Source: a virus. Taken from it: 64,000 nucleotides of DNA. Shown piece by piece: positions 35,918 through 45,910 of the stretch. Both the position numbers and the translations under genes were made by a program. The notes below the pieces were generated by a model, which was given only the letters and a program-made list of their open reading frames with translations, searched no databases and was not told the DNA's origin. Each line of letters starts with the position of its first letter. The first letter of the stretch is position 1. Where the stretch lies: the IMG/VR virus record IMGVR_UViG_3300033144_002959, positions 1 to 64,000 of that record; one strand, given 5' to 3'.

Positions 35918-38116
35918 TTAGTCATTAGCTGGATCGAATAATGCCAGCGAGTTGATATTCCAAGGCACCGTCGTTGTCAACCCCGCTGGCAGTACCTCCC
36001 TCTTCAAGTCCTGTCGAAAATACTTCGTCACGTCCAGCGTCGCAAAGCGGCCAGCAGCACCAAGGGTCGATGTACCGGCAACAGATACTCGTGCTCGTAC
36101 GTAATAAAACGGACCTTGGCTGTTGATTGTCGTGACTATCCATCCCGCCTCCGCGTCAAACTCATATATAAATTCACCAACTGATCCAAAATTCGGATTC
36201 GGGTCTGCATCTGTAAACGTCAGCGCAACCCACGCACCATTCCAAAACTCCCAGACAATCGTCGGCTCGCCCGCCGTATGCGCCACCGACACTTCCAACT
36301 TGAACCGGATCGTGCCATTAGGGCCATTTATAAATTGTTCACTATGGCCCAAGTAGTACGCATCATTGACGTCCTGCGGGTTATCCGGGGTCAGAGTCAT
36401 GTCATCGTCGGTCGAGCTGTTTGCTTCCATTGTCTCGTCGGTTAGAACCGCGCCATCATCAGCAACCGCTGCATTCGGCAAACCGTTCTGAGCCGCCCGC
36501 ACGATAATATCGACACCCGCACCAAACGCACCTTCGTAGTTGAACGTGGTCAGAGCAGCCACGCCATTTGAGTCAGCAAGAATTTCCGCGATCACATCCC
36601 CGACAGTCAGCGACCCAACCGTTTCGTTGGCTATGAACTTGACCGCCGCGCCTTCGGTCATTCCGTTCGCTTCGATGGTCTGCGCATTGGTGATCGTCAG
36701 ATTCGACGGGCTAGACAGCGACGTAGTATCCGTCGTAATCGTGCCCGCCCCGTTTTGTAAATTGATTGTAATAAGAGCTGTGCTCGTAACCGGATCAACA
36801 TCAATAAAAGCATCGGCAGTATCATCAGCGCCATAGCCACTGTTCTGCCAATTGTCGAAGTTGTACACGAACGGCCCTGCTCCAGTAGGACGCAACCTCA
36901 CGCCGTAGCCTGAACCATCACTGTTGAACGTCAGATCGGTCAGGTCACTCCTGTTGTGCTGGGTTTCGTCAAGCAGCAGCGCCCCGGTGGCATCGTTCGA
37001 TCCATTGAACGTAACCTGATCCATGTTTACGAGGCCGGGGTCAACCTGATCGCAATTAACCAGAATCGTAGCAACCCAAAACTTATCCACGTCGTTTGCT
37101 ACGTTGCAATTGATTGCGCCAATATCAACCAACGTACAGCTATTCATCTGCACGAAATCCATATCGGCATCAGACATATCAAACTGTGCTCGCGTACTGA
37201 CCCCCACGATAACAACGCGAGTTATAACCCAAGAATTTATGCCGGTCGAATTACCTACCAACCTAAATGGGAAGTGCGTGTCGGCCACAATATGACCGCC
37301 CTGATTGTCTCCAATCCAAAACCACTGAGTATCTGTCGAAGTGAAATAGCTATCTGACGTCCCTGCCGGTGGATTCCCCCATTGAGTCGGCGCGAAAAAT
37401 CCATACTCAGTACCCTTCGGGTTGTTAACCATTCCCAGACCAGCGGTAATATCATCAGCAGCCACATCGACCATCGTTTCAGGGGTGCCGACTGTGCCAC
37501 CCTCAATCGTCAACGCATAACCAGTAACAGACGAGACACTGTTCAGGATGTAATAGATGCCATCGCACCAAGCATTTTTCGCCGTCGATACAGCTTTCAC
37601 CAACCCAAACGAGCCATACCCGATTTGCAGAACAGCGGTGTGATCCAGTCCCGCTTCTGTGCCGTTATAAACGAAGTGATCAGTGCCCGCTGACCCCGGC
37701 GCTGCCACAATCACAGACACATCGAGCTTCATAACGCCAAATCGAAACTCGTAGGGGAACCCTGCGATATCAGCACCATTAACGGCATACCCTACGATGT
37801 CACCGCCAGCACCATCGGCCCCATCGCCAAACGCGATCAGCCCACCGACGTTCCCAAAAAGCTCTCCGAGGTTGTACTTGATAATCATGTAGATAGTCAT
37901 GTCCGACATATCTACGTTGAACGTACTTCCGGCCTGATCTTGGTCGAACAATAAAACCTCTTGTGCGTCAGCTACCTGAAACTCAATAGAGTTCGAGCCT
38001 TGAACAACGGTACCAACAATGTTGCTCGTTCCTGTAGGCGCAGCGGACGTATCGCCACTGACATCAGCAGCAGCTTCGCAGTCCTGAAGTCGAGTTCTGT
38101 TGTCAACCAGACTCAT
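35918..38116 (-). CDS. large virion structural protein
   Basis: 732 aa, acidic beta-rich, tail module. Confidence 0.65.
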   Translation of the reverse strand: MSLVDNRTRLQDCEAAADVSGDTSAAPTGTSNIVGTVVQGSNSIEFQVADAQEVLLFDQDQAGSTFNVDMSDMTIYMIIKYNLGELFGNVGGLIAFGDGADGAGGDIVGYAVNGADIAGFPYEFRFGVMKLDVSVIVAAPGSAGTDHFVYNGTEAGLDHTAVLQIGYGSFGLVKAVSTAKNAWCDGIYYILNSVSSVTGYALTIEGGTVGTPETMVDVAADDITAGLGMVNNPKGTEYGFFAPTQWGNPPAGTSDSYFTSTDTQWFWIGDNQGGHIVADTHFPFRLVGNSTGINSWVITRVVIVGVSTRAQFDMSDADMDFVQMNSCTLVDIGAINCNVANDVDKFWVATILVNCDQVDPGLVNMDQVTFNGSNDATGALLLDETQHNRSDLTDLTFNSDGSGYGVRLRPTGAGPFVYNFDNWQNSGYGADDTADAFIDVDPVTSTALITINLQNGAGTITTDTTSLSSPSNLTITNAQTIEANGMTEGAAVKFIANETVGSLTVGDVIAEILADSNGVAALTTFNYEGAFGAGVDIIVRAAQNGLPNAAVADDGAVLTDETMEANSSTDDDMTLTPDNPQDVNDAYYLGHSEQFINGPNGTIRFKLEVSVAHTAGEPTIVWEFWNGAWVALTFTDADPNPNFGSVGEFIYEFDAEAGWIVTTINSQGPFYYVRARVSVAGTSTLGAAGRFATLDVTKYFRQDLKREVLPAGLTTTVPWNINSLALFDPAND

Positions 38117-38514
38117 TACTGACCATGCCTAATCGCCAGCGCAATCGCTGCCGCTTCTGACGGATACAAATGCGTTTTCGCAACCGACTTGATTTTGTAA
38201 GTCTCTCCAGCTTCAGCATGTTCCATGTTGGAGTAGTCGGTGCTGCCAGTAATCAAAACGATGTCGCCCTGCGGAATATCGGCCATGCCTTTGGTACCGG
38301 TTGGTTCAAGGAATACTCGCGCACCATCGCCAGCAGCCGCCAGAGCTTCTTCCATCGTAGCGTGTTGCTCAAGCTGGAAGGCATCCAAACCGGGTATGAA
38401 AGGCACGAACATAATCCGTTGAACCTCAAACGCACCCTTGATCTGTCGCCACAACTGGTACTCCGCCACTGACGGTAGCTGTGTCTGTTCCCATCTTGCG
38501 ATTATCGTGATCAA
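38116..38514 (-). CDS. minimal SPOUT (TrmL/TrmH-like) methyltransferase-fold protein
   Basis: VFLE, IVLITGS, LYPSEAAAIAL resemble the SPOUT knot motifs. Confidence 0.5.
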   Translation of the reverse strand: MITIIARWEQTQLPSVAEYQLWRQIKGAFEVQRIMFVPFIPGLDAFQLEQHATMEEALAAAGDGARVFLEPTGTKGMADIPQGDIVLITGSTDYSNMEHAEAGETYKIKSVAKTHLYPSEAAAIALAIRHGQ

Positions 38515-39062
38515 CTGGTCACCTTCGGTATCAAATGCTTATCCGGGCACCGACATTTTGCTTCCTTTACCGGGTACGGATAGGCCCCAGCAAGCATCGT
38601 CACCCGGTTTGTGTCCCCGTGAATCGCCTTGATACCGTGGATTGCGTGATCCTTCATGACCGCCGCCCAACCAACCTTCGGTTGAAAACAATCAATCTCA
38701 TTCATGTCAGGATCGAGTATCGCCAACCCACCGCCAGACTCCGGCACTTGCAAATACAGGATCATCGTACGGCCATCCCACTGGTGCGTATGTGGCATTT
38801 TCAATTGCCACTCGGGATCATGCTTTGGCGGAGTGTGTTCGCATTTCTCCAGAGCTTGAATATCGGAAACCCAGTACAACCAGTGATCGACCTCATAGCC
38901 CATTTCGTCTTCGATAATTGACTTTGCGTAATCCTTAAAAACTTGCGGTACGTTATTCGTCTCACAGGTCTTATGCGCCCCAGACACGTTTGCTAGAACG
39001 TGCTCCCGCAGCATGTCCACCGGGCAATCCTTCCATTCAAAAACTTCGAATACGTTTTCCAT
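38511..39062 (-). CDS. 2OG-Fe(II) oxygenase (HxH type)
   Basis: PHTH...YLQVPESGG...HGI...RVT. Confidence 0.75.
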   Translation of the reverse strand: MENVFEVFEWKDCPVDMLREHVLANVSGAHKTCETNNVPQVFKDYAKSIIEDEMGYEVDHWLYWVSDIQALEKCEHTPPKHDPEWQLKMPHTHQWDGRTMILYLQVPESGGGLAILDPDMNEIDCFQPKVGWAAVMKDHAIHGIKAIHGDTNRVTMLAGAYPYPVKEAKCRCPDKHLIPKVTS

Positions 39063-39598
39063 TACCTATACCCCGTTGCAATAATCGTCATACGATCTGT
39101 TTCACCGAACACTTCCTCAACGCCGTGCTCGCACCAACCATCCAGTACAACTGTCGTTCCCAACTCTGGCGTAACTCGACCTTTCTCGGTAACTGCATCG
39201 TCCTCAAAGACCACCGTATCGCCACCAGAATCAGGCAGCTGTACGTAATGCACGCACGTCAAACCATCCCACTGGTGATTGTGTGGAAAGCCTTTGGCCC
39301 AGCCCACTCGATTACTCACGTGGCCGGGGTGCACCATGCCAGTCCAGTACCGCCATTTCGCTTCGTCGTATTTGTAATCGACTGCATCCAAACAATCCCG
39401 GTAATGTTGCTTCAACTCTTCCGGTAATTTATTTCTATCAACGTCTCTCGCCGACGTGTTGTTGTCCACCGCATTGTCACGAACTACTTCCCGCAACAAC
39501 TCAAGCGGAGACTCAGAGAAATCAAATACTTCCAGTACCGGAAAACAATCATCCGGTCTCCTGTGCCCAGTACCCATCGCAACTATTTCGTTCACCAT
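39062..39598 (-). CDS. 2OG-Fe(II) oxygenase (HxH type), paralog
   Basis: PHNH...YVQLPDSGG...HGV...RMT; start shortened to avoid overlap with 39609-40049. Confidence 0.75.
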   Translation of the reverse strand: MVNEIVAMGTGHRRPDDCFPVLEVFDFSESPLELLREVVRDNAVDNNTSARDVDRNKLPEELKQHYRDCLDAVDYKYDEAKWRYWTGMVHPGHVSNRVGWAKGFPHNHQWDGLTCVHYVQLPDSGGDTVVFEDDAVTEKGRVTPELGTTVVLDGWCEHGVEEVFGETDRMTIIATGYR

Positions 39599-39608
39599 CC
39601 AAGCTCTC

Positions 39609-40049
39609 TCACGTGTACGTAAAGCCCAAGCGGTCATCCCAGACTTTGTCAAAATCCGAAGTACCTCCGGCCCAGCGAAATTCAAAATCATCTTGACCGT
39701 CACCACCAGTAATGACATCGATCTTTTGAATGCGCCATGCGTTCGTGGCATCTAATGTCCCCGGCTGAGCCTGACCCTTGTAGATCACTGCTTCACCAAC
39801 AAAATCAACTCTCGTTGCAAATGGCACATCACTCTCCGCTGCGGGGCCTTGAACACCAACGTCGGATATAATAACGCTTCCGTCCTCGGCCTCGATAACC
39901 GTAGTCGTTTGTTCAACAGAAATTACTTCGGAATCATCCGGCTGGACAACTACCGTGGTCTCATCAACCTGCGTAATAACATCAGCAGCATCAACGTCAT
40001 TGACGACAACACTGCCATCGTCGTTGACAATTACTTGAAACTGAGCCAT
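39609..40049 (-). CDS. virion-associated hypothetical protein
   Basis: YKGQA...WRIQKI...FDKVWDDR C-terminal domain recalled from phage tail regions. Confidence 0.65.
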   Translation of the reverse strand: MAQFQVIVNDDGSVVVNDVDAADVITQVDETTVVVQPDDSEVISVEQTTTVIEAEDGSVIISDVGVQGPAAESDVPFATRVDFVGEAVIYKGQAQPGTLDATNAWRIQKIDVITGGDGQDDFEFRWAGGTSDFDKVWDDRLGFTYT

Positions 40050-40052
40050 GAC

Positions 40053-40427
40053 CTATGGCCTCGTGACGTTAGCGACTGACTTAACTTTTCCCTCAAGCAA
40101 TCGAATCACGCAGGTAACGTCGGAAATCAAAGTCATTTCCAAATCGTAAACGCCAGCAGCCCACGTAATGTCATCGGTTACATCCGCCCCAACCTCCAGT
40201 AGAATCCCACCGTCAACACCGGATAACGTAATCGATCCTTCGTCAACGGCGGGAGCGGTGCTACGGAGCGCCAGAAGTATTGCGGTCGCGGCTGCACTTT
40301 CCCGAATGTGCATTTCTGCCGTGTAGTCACTGGTATCGATTGGATTGCCATCCGAATCATTCCACGTCAGCTGCTTGGAGAACTTGGCCCCGACTTCAAA
40401 TGTTAAAGCTAACTTTCCAGCTGACAT
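40053..40427 (-). CDS. tail/baseplate-associated protein
   Basis: TAEMHIR...GVYDLE...RLLEG pattern. Confidence 0.6.
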   Translation of the reverse strand: MSAGKLALTFEVGAKFSKQLTWNDSDGNPIDTSDYTAEMHIRESAAATAILLALRSTAPAVDEGSITLSGVDGGILLEVGADVTDDITWAAGVYDLEMTLISDVTCVIRLLEGKVKSVANVTRP

Positions 40428-40438
40428 GAGCTACCCCT

Positions 40439-40454
40439 GTCCAATTGATTGGAC
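40439..40454. repeat. dispersed 16-bp quasi-palindrome
   Basis: GTCCAATTGATTGGAC exact, directly after a stop codon. Confidence 0.9.
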
Positions 40455-40455
40455 G

Positions 40456-40866
40456 CTAGTCCAGATAGTTTACTGCCAGTGTGTAAGTGATCGAATCCGT
40501 GTCCCCGTGCGTCAACACCACCCTCCACAAATAAGGCAGACCATCTTTCGCGACAAGATTCGCAACCGCTGTCAGGTCAGGGTGAACTTTGTAAATATTG
40601 AACACCGCTGTCGTCACCGCTACACCGGTCAAAATGTTGTACCACGTATCCGAGCCGTAATCGTACCCGTCGATGGTCGCTACAACAGACGGAGTTGACG
40701 TGATAGACGTAGCATCCAACAGGATATGAGCACCACGAAACCGCTGATGATTCGTCAGGAACGGGTACTCCGGTGCCGGAGTGGCATTAGGTACATCGGT
40801 TACTGGCGTCTCTGTTCGTGCTGCGCTTGTTAGCAGAACAATTGATTGCTGTACTGGTCCGCTCAT
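40456..40866 (-). CDS. virion-associated protein
   Basis: Jelly-roll-like; paralogous to the C-terminus of 40917-41813. Confidence 0.65.
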   Translation of the reverse strand: MSGPVQQSIVLLTSAARTETPVTDVPNATPAPEYPFLTNHQRFRGAHILLDATSITSTPSVVATIDGYDYGSDTWYNILTGVAVTTAVFNIYKVHPDLTAVANLVAKDGLPYLWRVVLTHGDTDSITYTLAVNYLD

Positions 40867-40916
40867 TTCAATCCTCCGTCATTGGTAGCCATTAAACAAC
40901 TACCACGTTAATTCCA

Positions 40917-41813
40917 CTAGAGCTTATATTCCACTGAATAAGTTACAAGAGTTGCATCCCCGTGCTCTACTCTCACCCGCCACATATATGGCAGGACATC
41001 ATTAGCCGACAAATTGGCCACGTCATTGAGATACGATCCCACTTTCAACCGCTGCTTAGTGTTTTTCGCCGTAATATTTGCGCCAGCCAGAATAAGATAC
41101 CAAGTACCTGACCCAAAATCGTAGCCCTCTATAAAACAAGTCAGATCAAATGGTCCGCCAGCCTGCTCGGGTAAGTCAATAATTACGTCTGTCGGAGGCC
41201 CACCGCCCCCTCCTTTGCCTTTGCCGCCAGAGCCAGCACCGCCCTGCTTCGTCGCTGGCTGTGTAACTACCGCCGTCTGCGTCTCATCATATTCCGCCTC
41301 GGGAATAGGCACCCCTCCACCGGGATTCTTTGGATTCTTAATCTTAGTGCCTTGATCGTAAGGCGGCAGTGGTGGTGGTGGAGCAGGCTCACCCTCAAAC
41401 GTTGCTACCCATTCGTTGCCCGCTTCAGACCCCCAATAACTGTCCTTACTTGGAAACCAGTAATATGTCCCCGCCGTTGAACTGCCCTGATCCAAATCAC
41501 CACCAGCGCCAACATCAGCAAAATCAAACACGACATCAGCCTCGCCACTCCGAGACAAAGTCAAAGTCAGAATTGAATCAAAATCCCACTCCGTAGGAGA
41601 TTCATCACCCGGATCAAACCACATTTCCGTGCCGCCACTGGAAGTGCGATCACTGATTTCCATCCACTCGATATTGCCCGGTGGTGTATCATCTTGTAGG
41701 TAAGCCGGATCAGGGACAATGGACCCAGTAGGCAGGCTAATTTTTGTGTACCCGTAAGTCGTACCGGAGAAAAACGCTACCGTAATCGTGTATGCCTGTG
41801 TCTCAATGGCCAT
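40917..41813 (-). CDS. two-domain virion protein with Pro/Gly linker
   Basis: PAPPPPLPP and GGGG linker; C-terminal GYDFGSGTWY...LPYMWRV. Confidence 0.65.
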   Translation of the reverse strand: MAIETQAYTITVAFFSGTTYGYTKISLPTGSIVPDPAYLQDDTPPGNIEWMEISDRTSSGGTEMWFDPGDESPTEWDFDSILTLTLSRSGEADVVFDFADVGAGGDLDQGSSTAGTYYWFPSKDSYWGSEAGNEWVATFEGEPAPPPPLPPYDQGTKIKNPKNPGGGVPIPEAEYDETQTAVVTQPATKQGGAGSGGKGKGGGGGPPTDVIIDLPEQAGGPFDLTCFIEGYDFGSGTWYLILAGANITAKNTKQRLKVGSYLNDVANLSANDVLPYMWRVRVEHGDATLVTYSVEYKL

Positions 41814-41822
41814 GCCTGCCTC

Positions 41823-42755
41823 CTAAGTCGTAACGATCAATTGGCCGCTAACATCAGTTGAAACCGGCGGAACACGTTGATGCAGTACCTGAACCCAACA
41901 CGTTGTTACCTGAACATTAGGATTTGTAGCCCGCCCTAGAACTTCAGTGACAATATTAGTCAATTGTGTGTCCGGGTTCGCCTCGGTACCAGCGATCTCT
42001 GCCCATAATCGAGTCATACGCACGGTCGTATTCGTGCTTGCATTGATCAGTGCCGTATCACCATTGGTACCGACCCCGAAATAGTCAATATCAAGAACAC
42101 CCCCGTGAGCGGTCCCCGAGCCTACCCCGGTCCATCCTGCCGCCGTGATTCGACTACCACTCGTATCCTCGAAATCAATCTCCCACCACGGAGGTTCGTT
42201 GAGGCCGTTAATACCGTCAATCCAATGCTTTGCTTGCACCGTAACCGTCGCGCCCGTACCGTTGACTCTGAATCGCATGTACTGCCAAACATCAGAAACC
42301 GCATCATTCCAGTACGGGAGCCTCATGGTGTACATATAGCGGGGCGCTTGCTGATTACCAGAAACATATCCATCGAGAAGTTCTGTTTGAACACCAGCGG
42401 CCCACCGATTGATTTCCAACTGGCCGAACTGATCGACCATTAAATCGTAGCCTGCTTCGTTTCCACCAGAGCCACTGGCCCGAAGGAATAGATTTGGGCG
42501 AGTATGTTGGTCGGCTGAATTTCTGTAACGACAAATGATTTCAGAGTTCGCCCGGTTGGCGTCGCCGTCTATGTCATCCCACGAGGCGAGCTGAAGACCT
42601 GTCCCTGACGCTGCCGCTTGAAACACCCGATCATCTTCAGCATCTGTCGGTGCTTCTATAGTCCACTCAGACATCGCCGCGAACCTTGCCGTGAAATCGG
42701 TTGCAAAGATTCCCGTAGTACCTTCGTCGCTAAAGTCTTTTGCGTAAGTCGTCAT
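41823..42755 (-). CDS. tail-tip lectin-like (beta-sandwich) protein
   Basis: RASG.GG.E.GY and GWTG motifs shared with 52648-53547. Confidence 0.6.
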   Translation of the reverse strand: MTTYAKDFSDEGTTGIFATDFTARFAAMSEWTIEAPTDAEDDRVFQAAASGTGLQLASWDDIDGDANRANSEIICRYRNSADQHTRPNLFLRASGSGGNEAGYDLMVDQFGQLEINRWAAGVQTELLDGYVSGNQQAPRYMYTMRLPYWNDAVSDVWQYMRFRVNGTGATVTVQAKHWIDGINGLNEPPWWEIDFEDTSGSRITAAGWTGVGSGTAHGGVLDIDYFGVGTNGDTALINASTNTTVRMTRLWAEIAGTEANPDTQLTNIVTEVLGRATNPNVQVTTCWVQVLHQRVPPVSTDVSGQLIVTT

Positions 42756-43834
42756 GTCTCTAACGTAATCCCAAATTCTGCTGCGTCAATAGTAGTGTCA
42801 GACCAGTTCGCTGGCCCATTAGGATTCTGCTCAAATATCCCCGACACCATACGATACCTGTCTTGGTTAAAATGCGTTACATCCCCGTTAGACTCAGAAG
42901 TGCTGCTGCGACACAAAGCACTAATATCACGTCGCCCCGCATCCTCATTCCTGCCCAACATCTTAACCTGCACCCCATAAACTGTCGTGAAATTAGAAAC
43001 AAGATTTGAGAACGTGTACAAATCGTCATCAAGTGCCGTGGCACTGCTAACGTACGAGGTTTCTTCATCCTGCTCCGCCTCATCTACCATTTCATAGTTG
43101 GTCAACCCAGAGAGTTGCGTGAAATCATTGCGGTTACCATCGCCATCAGGGTCCAACACTTCAATATGAATATCACCGAGAAAATCATTCCACGGAGAAC
43201 CGCCCGTGGTGTCGAGGACATACAAATCAGCAAACTGAAACTCCACCGCTGCTTCAGGATAAAGTTCCAAATTAGTAGCCCACGCATTTACCGTAAACTG
43301 AGTATCCACCGTGCTACCTGACATGATGTTTACGCCATCCAATCTAAGTTCATACGACCCGGCACTAGCGTCTATCGTCGTCTTGTATTCGATGTAGTGC
43401 CAACGACGATCCAGATGAATGTCAGCCCGTACGCGATCAATCTCGTCATTAGCAGAATCCCCAGCATACAAAACAAATTCCTGATTGCCATTCAGATAAA
43501 CACTCTGCTGCCATTCAGCGTTTCCGCTAGTTATACCATCCACGTCTATGAGTCCGAAAATCATAACAGGCAAAAACGGAATGAGGTTTGGGGTCTCATC
43601 TATTCGAAACCTAAAGCCTAAAACTATCGATGTCATCCGGTCAGGTAATTGATATCCGGCATAAATATTCGTTGATGCCTCAGATAAAAAGCGCCCAGTC
43701 AACGGGTGCACATTATTAAGATCAGGCCCTGCGGTACCGCTCGACCACCGCAACCACATCTGCGTATTGAGCCGCCCATTAGCTTCAGACGATGCGTCAA
43801 ATGTAGACATGCTATCCAGTAAAATTAGTGCCAT
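42752..43834 (-). CDS. tail protein, paralog 3 of 3 (ConA/LamG-like)
   Basis: WHYIEYK; DGDGNRNDF...NYEMVDE...AAEFGIT shared C-terminal domain. Confidence 0.7.
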   Translation of the reverse strand: MALILLDSMSTFDASSEANGRLNTQMWLRWSSGTAGPDLNNVHPLTGRFLSEASTNIYAGYQLPDRMTSIVLGFRFRIDETPNLIPFLPVMIFGLIDVDGITSGNAEWQQSVYLNGNQEFVLYAGDSANDEIDRVRADIHLDRRWHYIEYKTTIDASAGSYELRLDGVNIMSGSTVDTQFTVNAWATNLELYPEAAVEFQFADLYVLDTTGGSPWNDFLGDIHIEVLDPDGDGNRNDFTQLSGLTNYEMVDEAEQDEETSYVSSATALDDDLYTFSNLVSNFTTVYGVQVKMLGRNEDAGRRDISALCRSSTSESNGDVTHFNQDRYRMVSGIFEQNPNGPANWSDTTIDAAEFGITLET

Positions 43835-43837
43835 CAG

Positions 43838-44878
43838 TTAACTCTCAATTGTGAATCCAAATTCTGCGGCATTTATCGCCGCTTCGTCCCATGCTGCCCC
43901 GCCATTAGGATCAACTTCATAAACTCCCTTTCCATCCGTAGGCATCATCCAACTAATCGACGCAGACTGAGAAGTTCCCTCAACTTCCGTGACATTACTC
44001 CGCGATAAAGTGCGCGCCATACGCACCCCAGCATCCGTCGTACGAAACATGGGCTTGACGTTGGCACAATAAATCGTATCCATCGTTAAAGTCAGATTGT
44101 CAAACGTGTACAGCTCGTCATCGCCTACTACTGACGACCACACATACGTCGTGTCGTCATCAGGATTGTTCCCGTCATCCACGGCTTCATAATTATTCAA
44201 CCCACCCCCGACTCGCGTGAAGTTATTACGATTACCGTCACCATCGGGGTACAAGGTTTCTATGTAGCACGGCCCAAGCAAGTCATTATTAGTCAGCCCT
44301 GTCCCATCCAAGACATAAGCAAATGCACATCGGTATCCAGACTGCGCGTCGTTAATTGAACGAACTAATCCACATGACGCAACCGACCCTGCCTGTGTGT
44401 CTTGGCCAGTCAAGCTAATCCACGACTCACCATTCACCTCAAGATCAATCGTGCCAGTTGAAGCATGGACTAAAACCTTTGCTTCGATAAAATAATACAC
44501 CCCATGAATAAAAGTCTGTGGGTACACCGACCGACCGACTTCCGTACCGGTACCATCCCGTGCCGACACTGAGCCATCTTGATTTAACCGAAATTCAACG
44601 TGCGGACTTTCACCCTCATTAAACGAAAGAAAAATCCCGTTCACTGAAAAAGGCAGAAGATCGAACATTCGCAAATGACCAAAAATCACAGTCGTAGATA
44701 ACGGGATATAAAAATTTATTGATGTATTAGCCCCAGCCAAATCAAGCGAATTATTACTGGGCAGCACTGGGTCCGAACTCGCGACAACAGTGTACGAAGT
44801 TGCATCTATCATTTCACTACGCTGCAATTGTGCTTTCGTTGAGCAGTAATCAAATGCCGTTGTTCTTAAAACTGCCAT
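43838..44878 (-). CDS. tail protein, paralog 2 of 3
   Basis: YYFIEAK; DGDGNRNNF...NYEAVDD...AAEFGFT. Confidence 0.7.
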   Translation of the reverse strand: MAVLRTTAFDYCSTKAQLQRSEMIDATSYTVVASSDPVLPSNNSLDLAGANTSINFYIPLSTTVIFGHLRMFDLLPFSVNGIFLSFNEGESPHVEFRLNQDGSVSARDGTGTEVGRSVYPQTFIHGVYYFIEAKVLVHASTGTIDLEVNGESWISLTGQDTQAGSVASCGLVRSINDAQSGYRCAFAYVLDGTGLTNNDLLGPCYIETLYPDGDGNRNNFTRVGGGLNNYEAVDDGNNPDDDTTYVWSSVVGDDELYTFDNLTLTMDTIYCANVKPMFRTTDAGVRMARTLSRSNVTEVEGTSQSASISWMMPTDGKGVYEVDPNGGAAWDEAAINAAEFGFTIES

Positions 44879-44881
44879 AGT

Positions 44882-45910
44882 TTAGCTCTCTATCGTTACA
44901 CCAAACTGAGCGCTGAGCAGACCGCCCTCAATCCACGCTGCTACGGTATCGGGGTCTTGCTCCCATACCTCATAGTACGTCCGCCACGACGGCCCTAGAT
45001 ACCAGTTAATCGATCCCTCGTACGTTACCCCACCACTGCGAACCGCTGAACGCATAACACGAGTACCAAGACCCCCAGCAATTCTGCACTTATACCCGAC
45101 CTTCACCCCGTAAATCGTGTCAACAGTCTGAACCGGGGCAGGGTAATCGTACAAATCGGTGTGGCCCACCGTGGAAGACTCTACGTAACTGGTATCCTCA
45201 TCCGGTGGTGTTTCATCAATCATTTCATAATTCGTAAGGCCAGACAAAGGCGAGAAGTCATTGGAGAATCCGTCACCGTCAGCAAACAATGTCTCGACCC
45301 AGCAATCTCCTAGATAATCATTATTCTCTGTCCCGTTACCGTCGAGCACATACAGATCATCCCACCAGTTATCAAGATGTGCCGAGCTGCCAACCAACTG
45401 AAAATAGTCTACGTTTACAGGGGACGCACCATTGTTTGTGTCTTGGCCCGTTGCCGACAACGACGTAGTCACTTCGTCAACCCTAACTTCATAAGTTCCA
45501 AGCGTATCGTGCACTCGAAACTTAAACTCAAAGTAATACCACTGGTCTTGAACCAGCCCTAATCCACTCGTAACAGCTAACTGCGTTGTGCCACGATCAA
45601 CTGCCAGCTCTCCCCCAGTCACATAGCGAAAAACCAAATGCTCAGTAATACCCTGCAACACCCGGATAAGATCATGACTTGGATCATTTTGCCATCGATG
45701 AGCGAACCCAACTATGATTGTTTCACTGTTATCTAACTGGGGCAACGGATACCCCACATCCAAAGAACTTGACGTCAACTCCAACGCCTTCCCAGACCCA
45801 GATCGACCAGTCACATATACCGTAGTGGACGTGCTGCCACCAAGCATTTCGTTACGTATGTCATCGAAGCTATCGCCCTCATCGAACCCATCCATAAACA
45901 GCAAAGTCAT
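44882..45910 (-). CDS. tail protein, paralog 1 of 3
   Basis: WYYFEFK; DGDGFSNDF...NYEMIDE...AQFGVT. Confidence 0.7.
   Translation of the reverse strand: MTLLFMDGFDEGDSFDDIRNEMLGGSTSTTVYVTGRSGSGKALELTSSSLDVGYPLPQLDNSETIIVGFAHRWQNDPSHDLIRVLQGITEHLVFRYVTGGELAVDRGTTQLAVTSGLGLVQDQWYYFEFKFRVHDTLGTYEVRVDEVTTSLSATGQDTNNGASPVNVDYFQLVGSSAHLDNWWDDLYVLDGNGTENNDYLGDCWVETLFADGDGFSNDFSPLSGLTNYEMIDETPPDEDTSYVESSTVGHTDLYDYPAPVQTVDTIYGVKVGYKCRIAGGLGTRVMRSAVRSGGVTYEGSINWYLGPSWRTYYEVWEQDPDTVAAWIEGGLLSAQFGVTIES

Noticed and set aside
39599-39751. N-terminal extension of the second 2OG oxygenase
   Set aside because: Overlaps the conserved C-terminus of 39609-40049; the start at 39598 is more plausible.
42752-45910. 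Diversity-generating retroelement targets
   Set aside because: No reverse transcriptase in the window and no near-identical TR/VR pair; the paralogs are broadly diverged.
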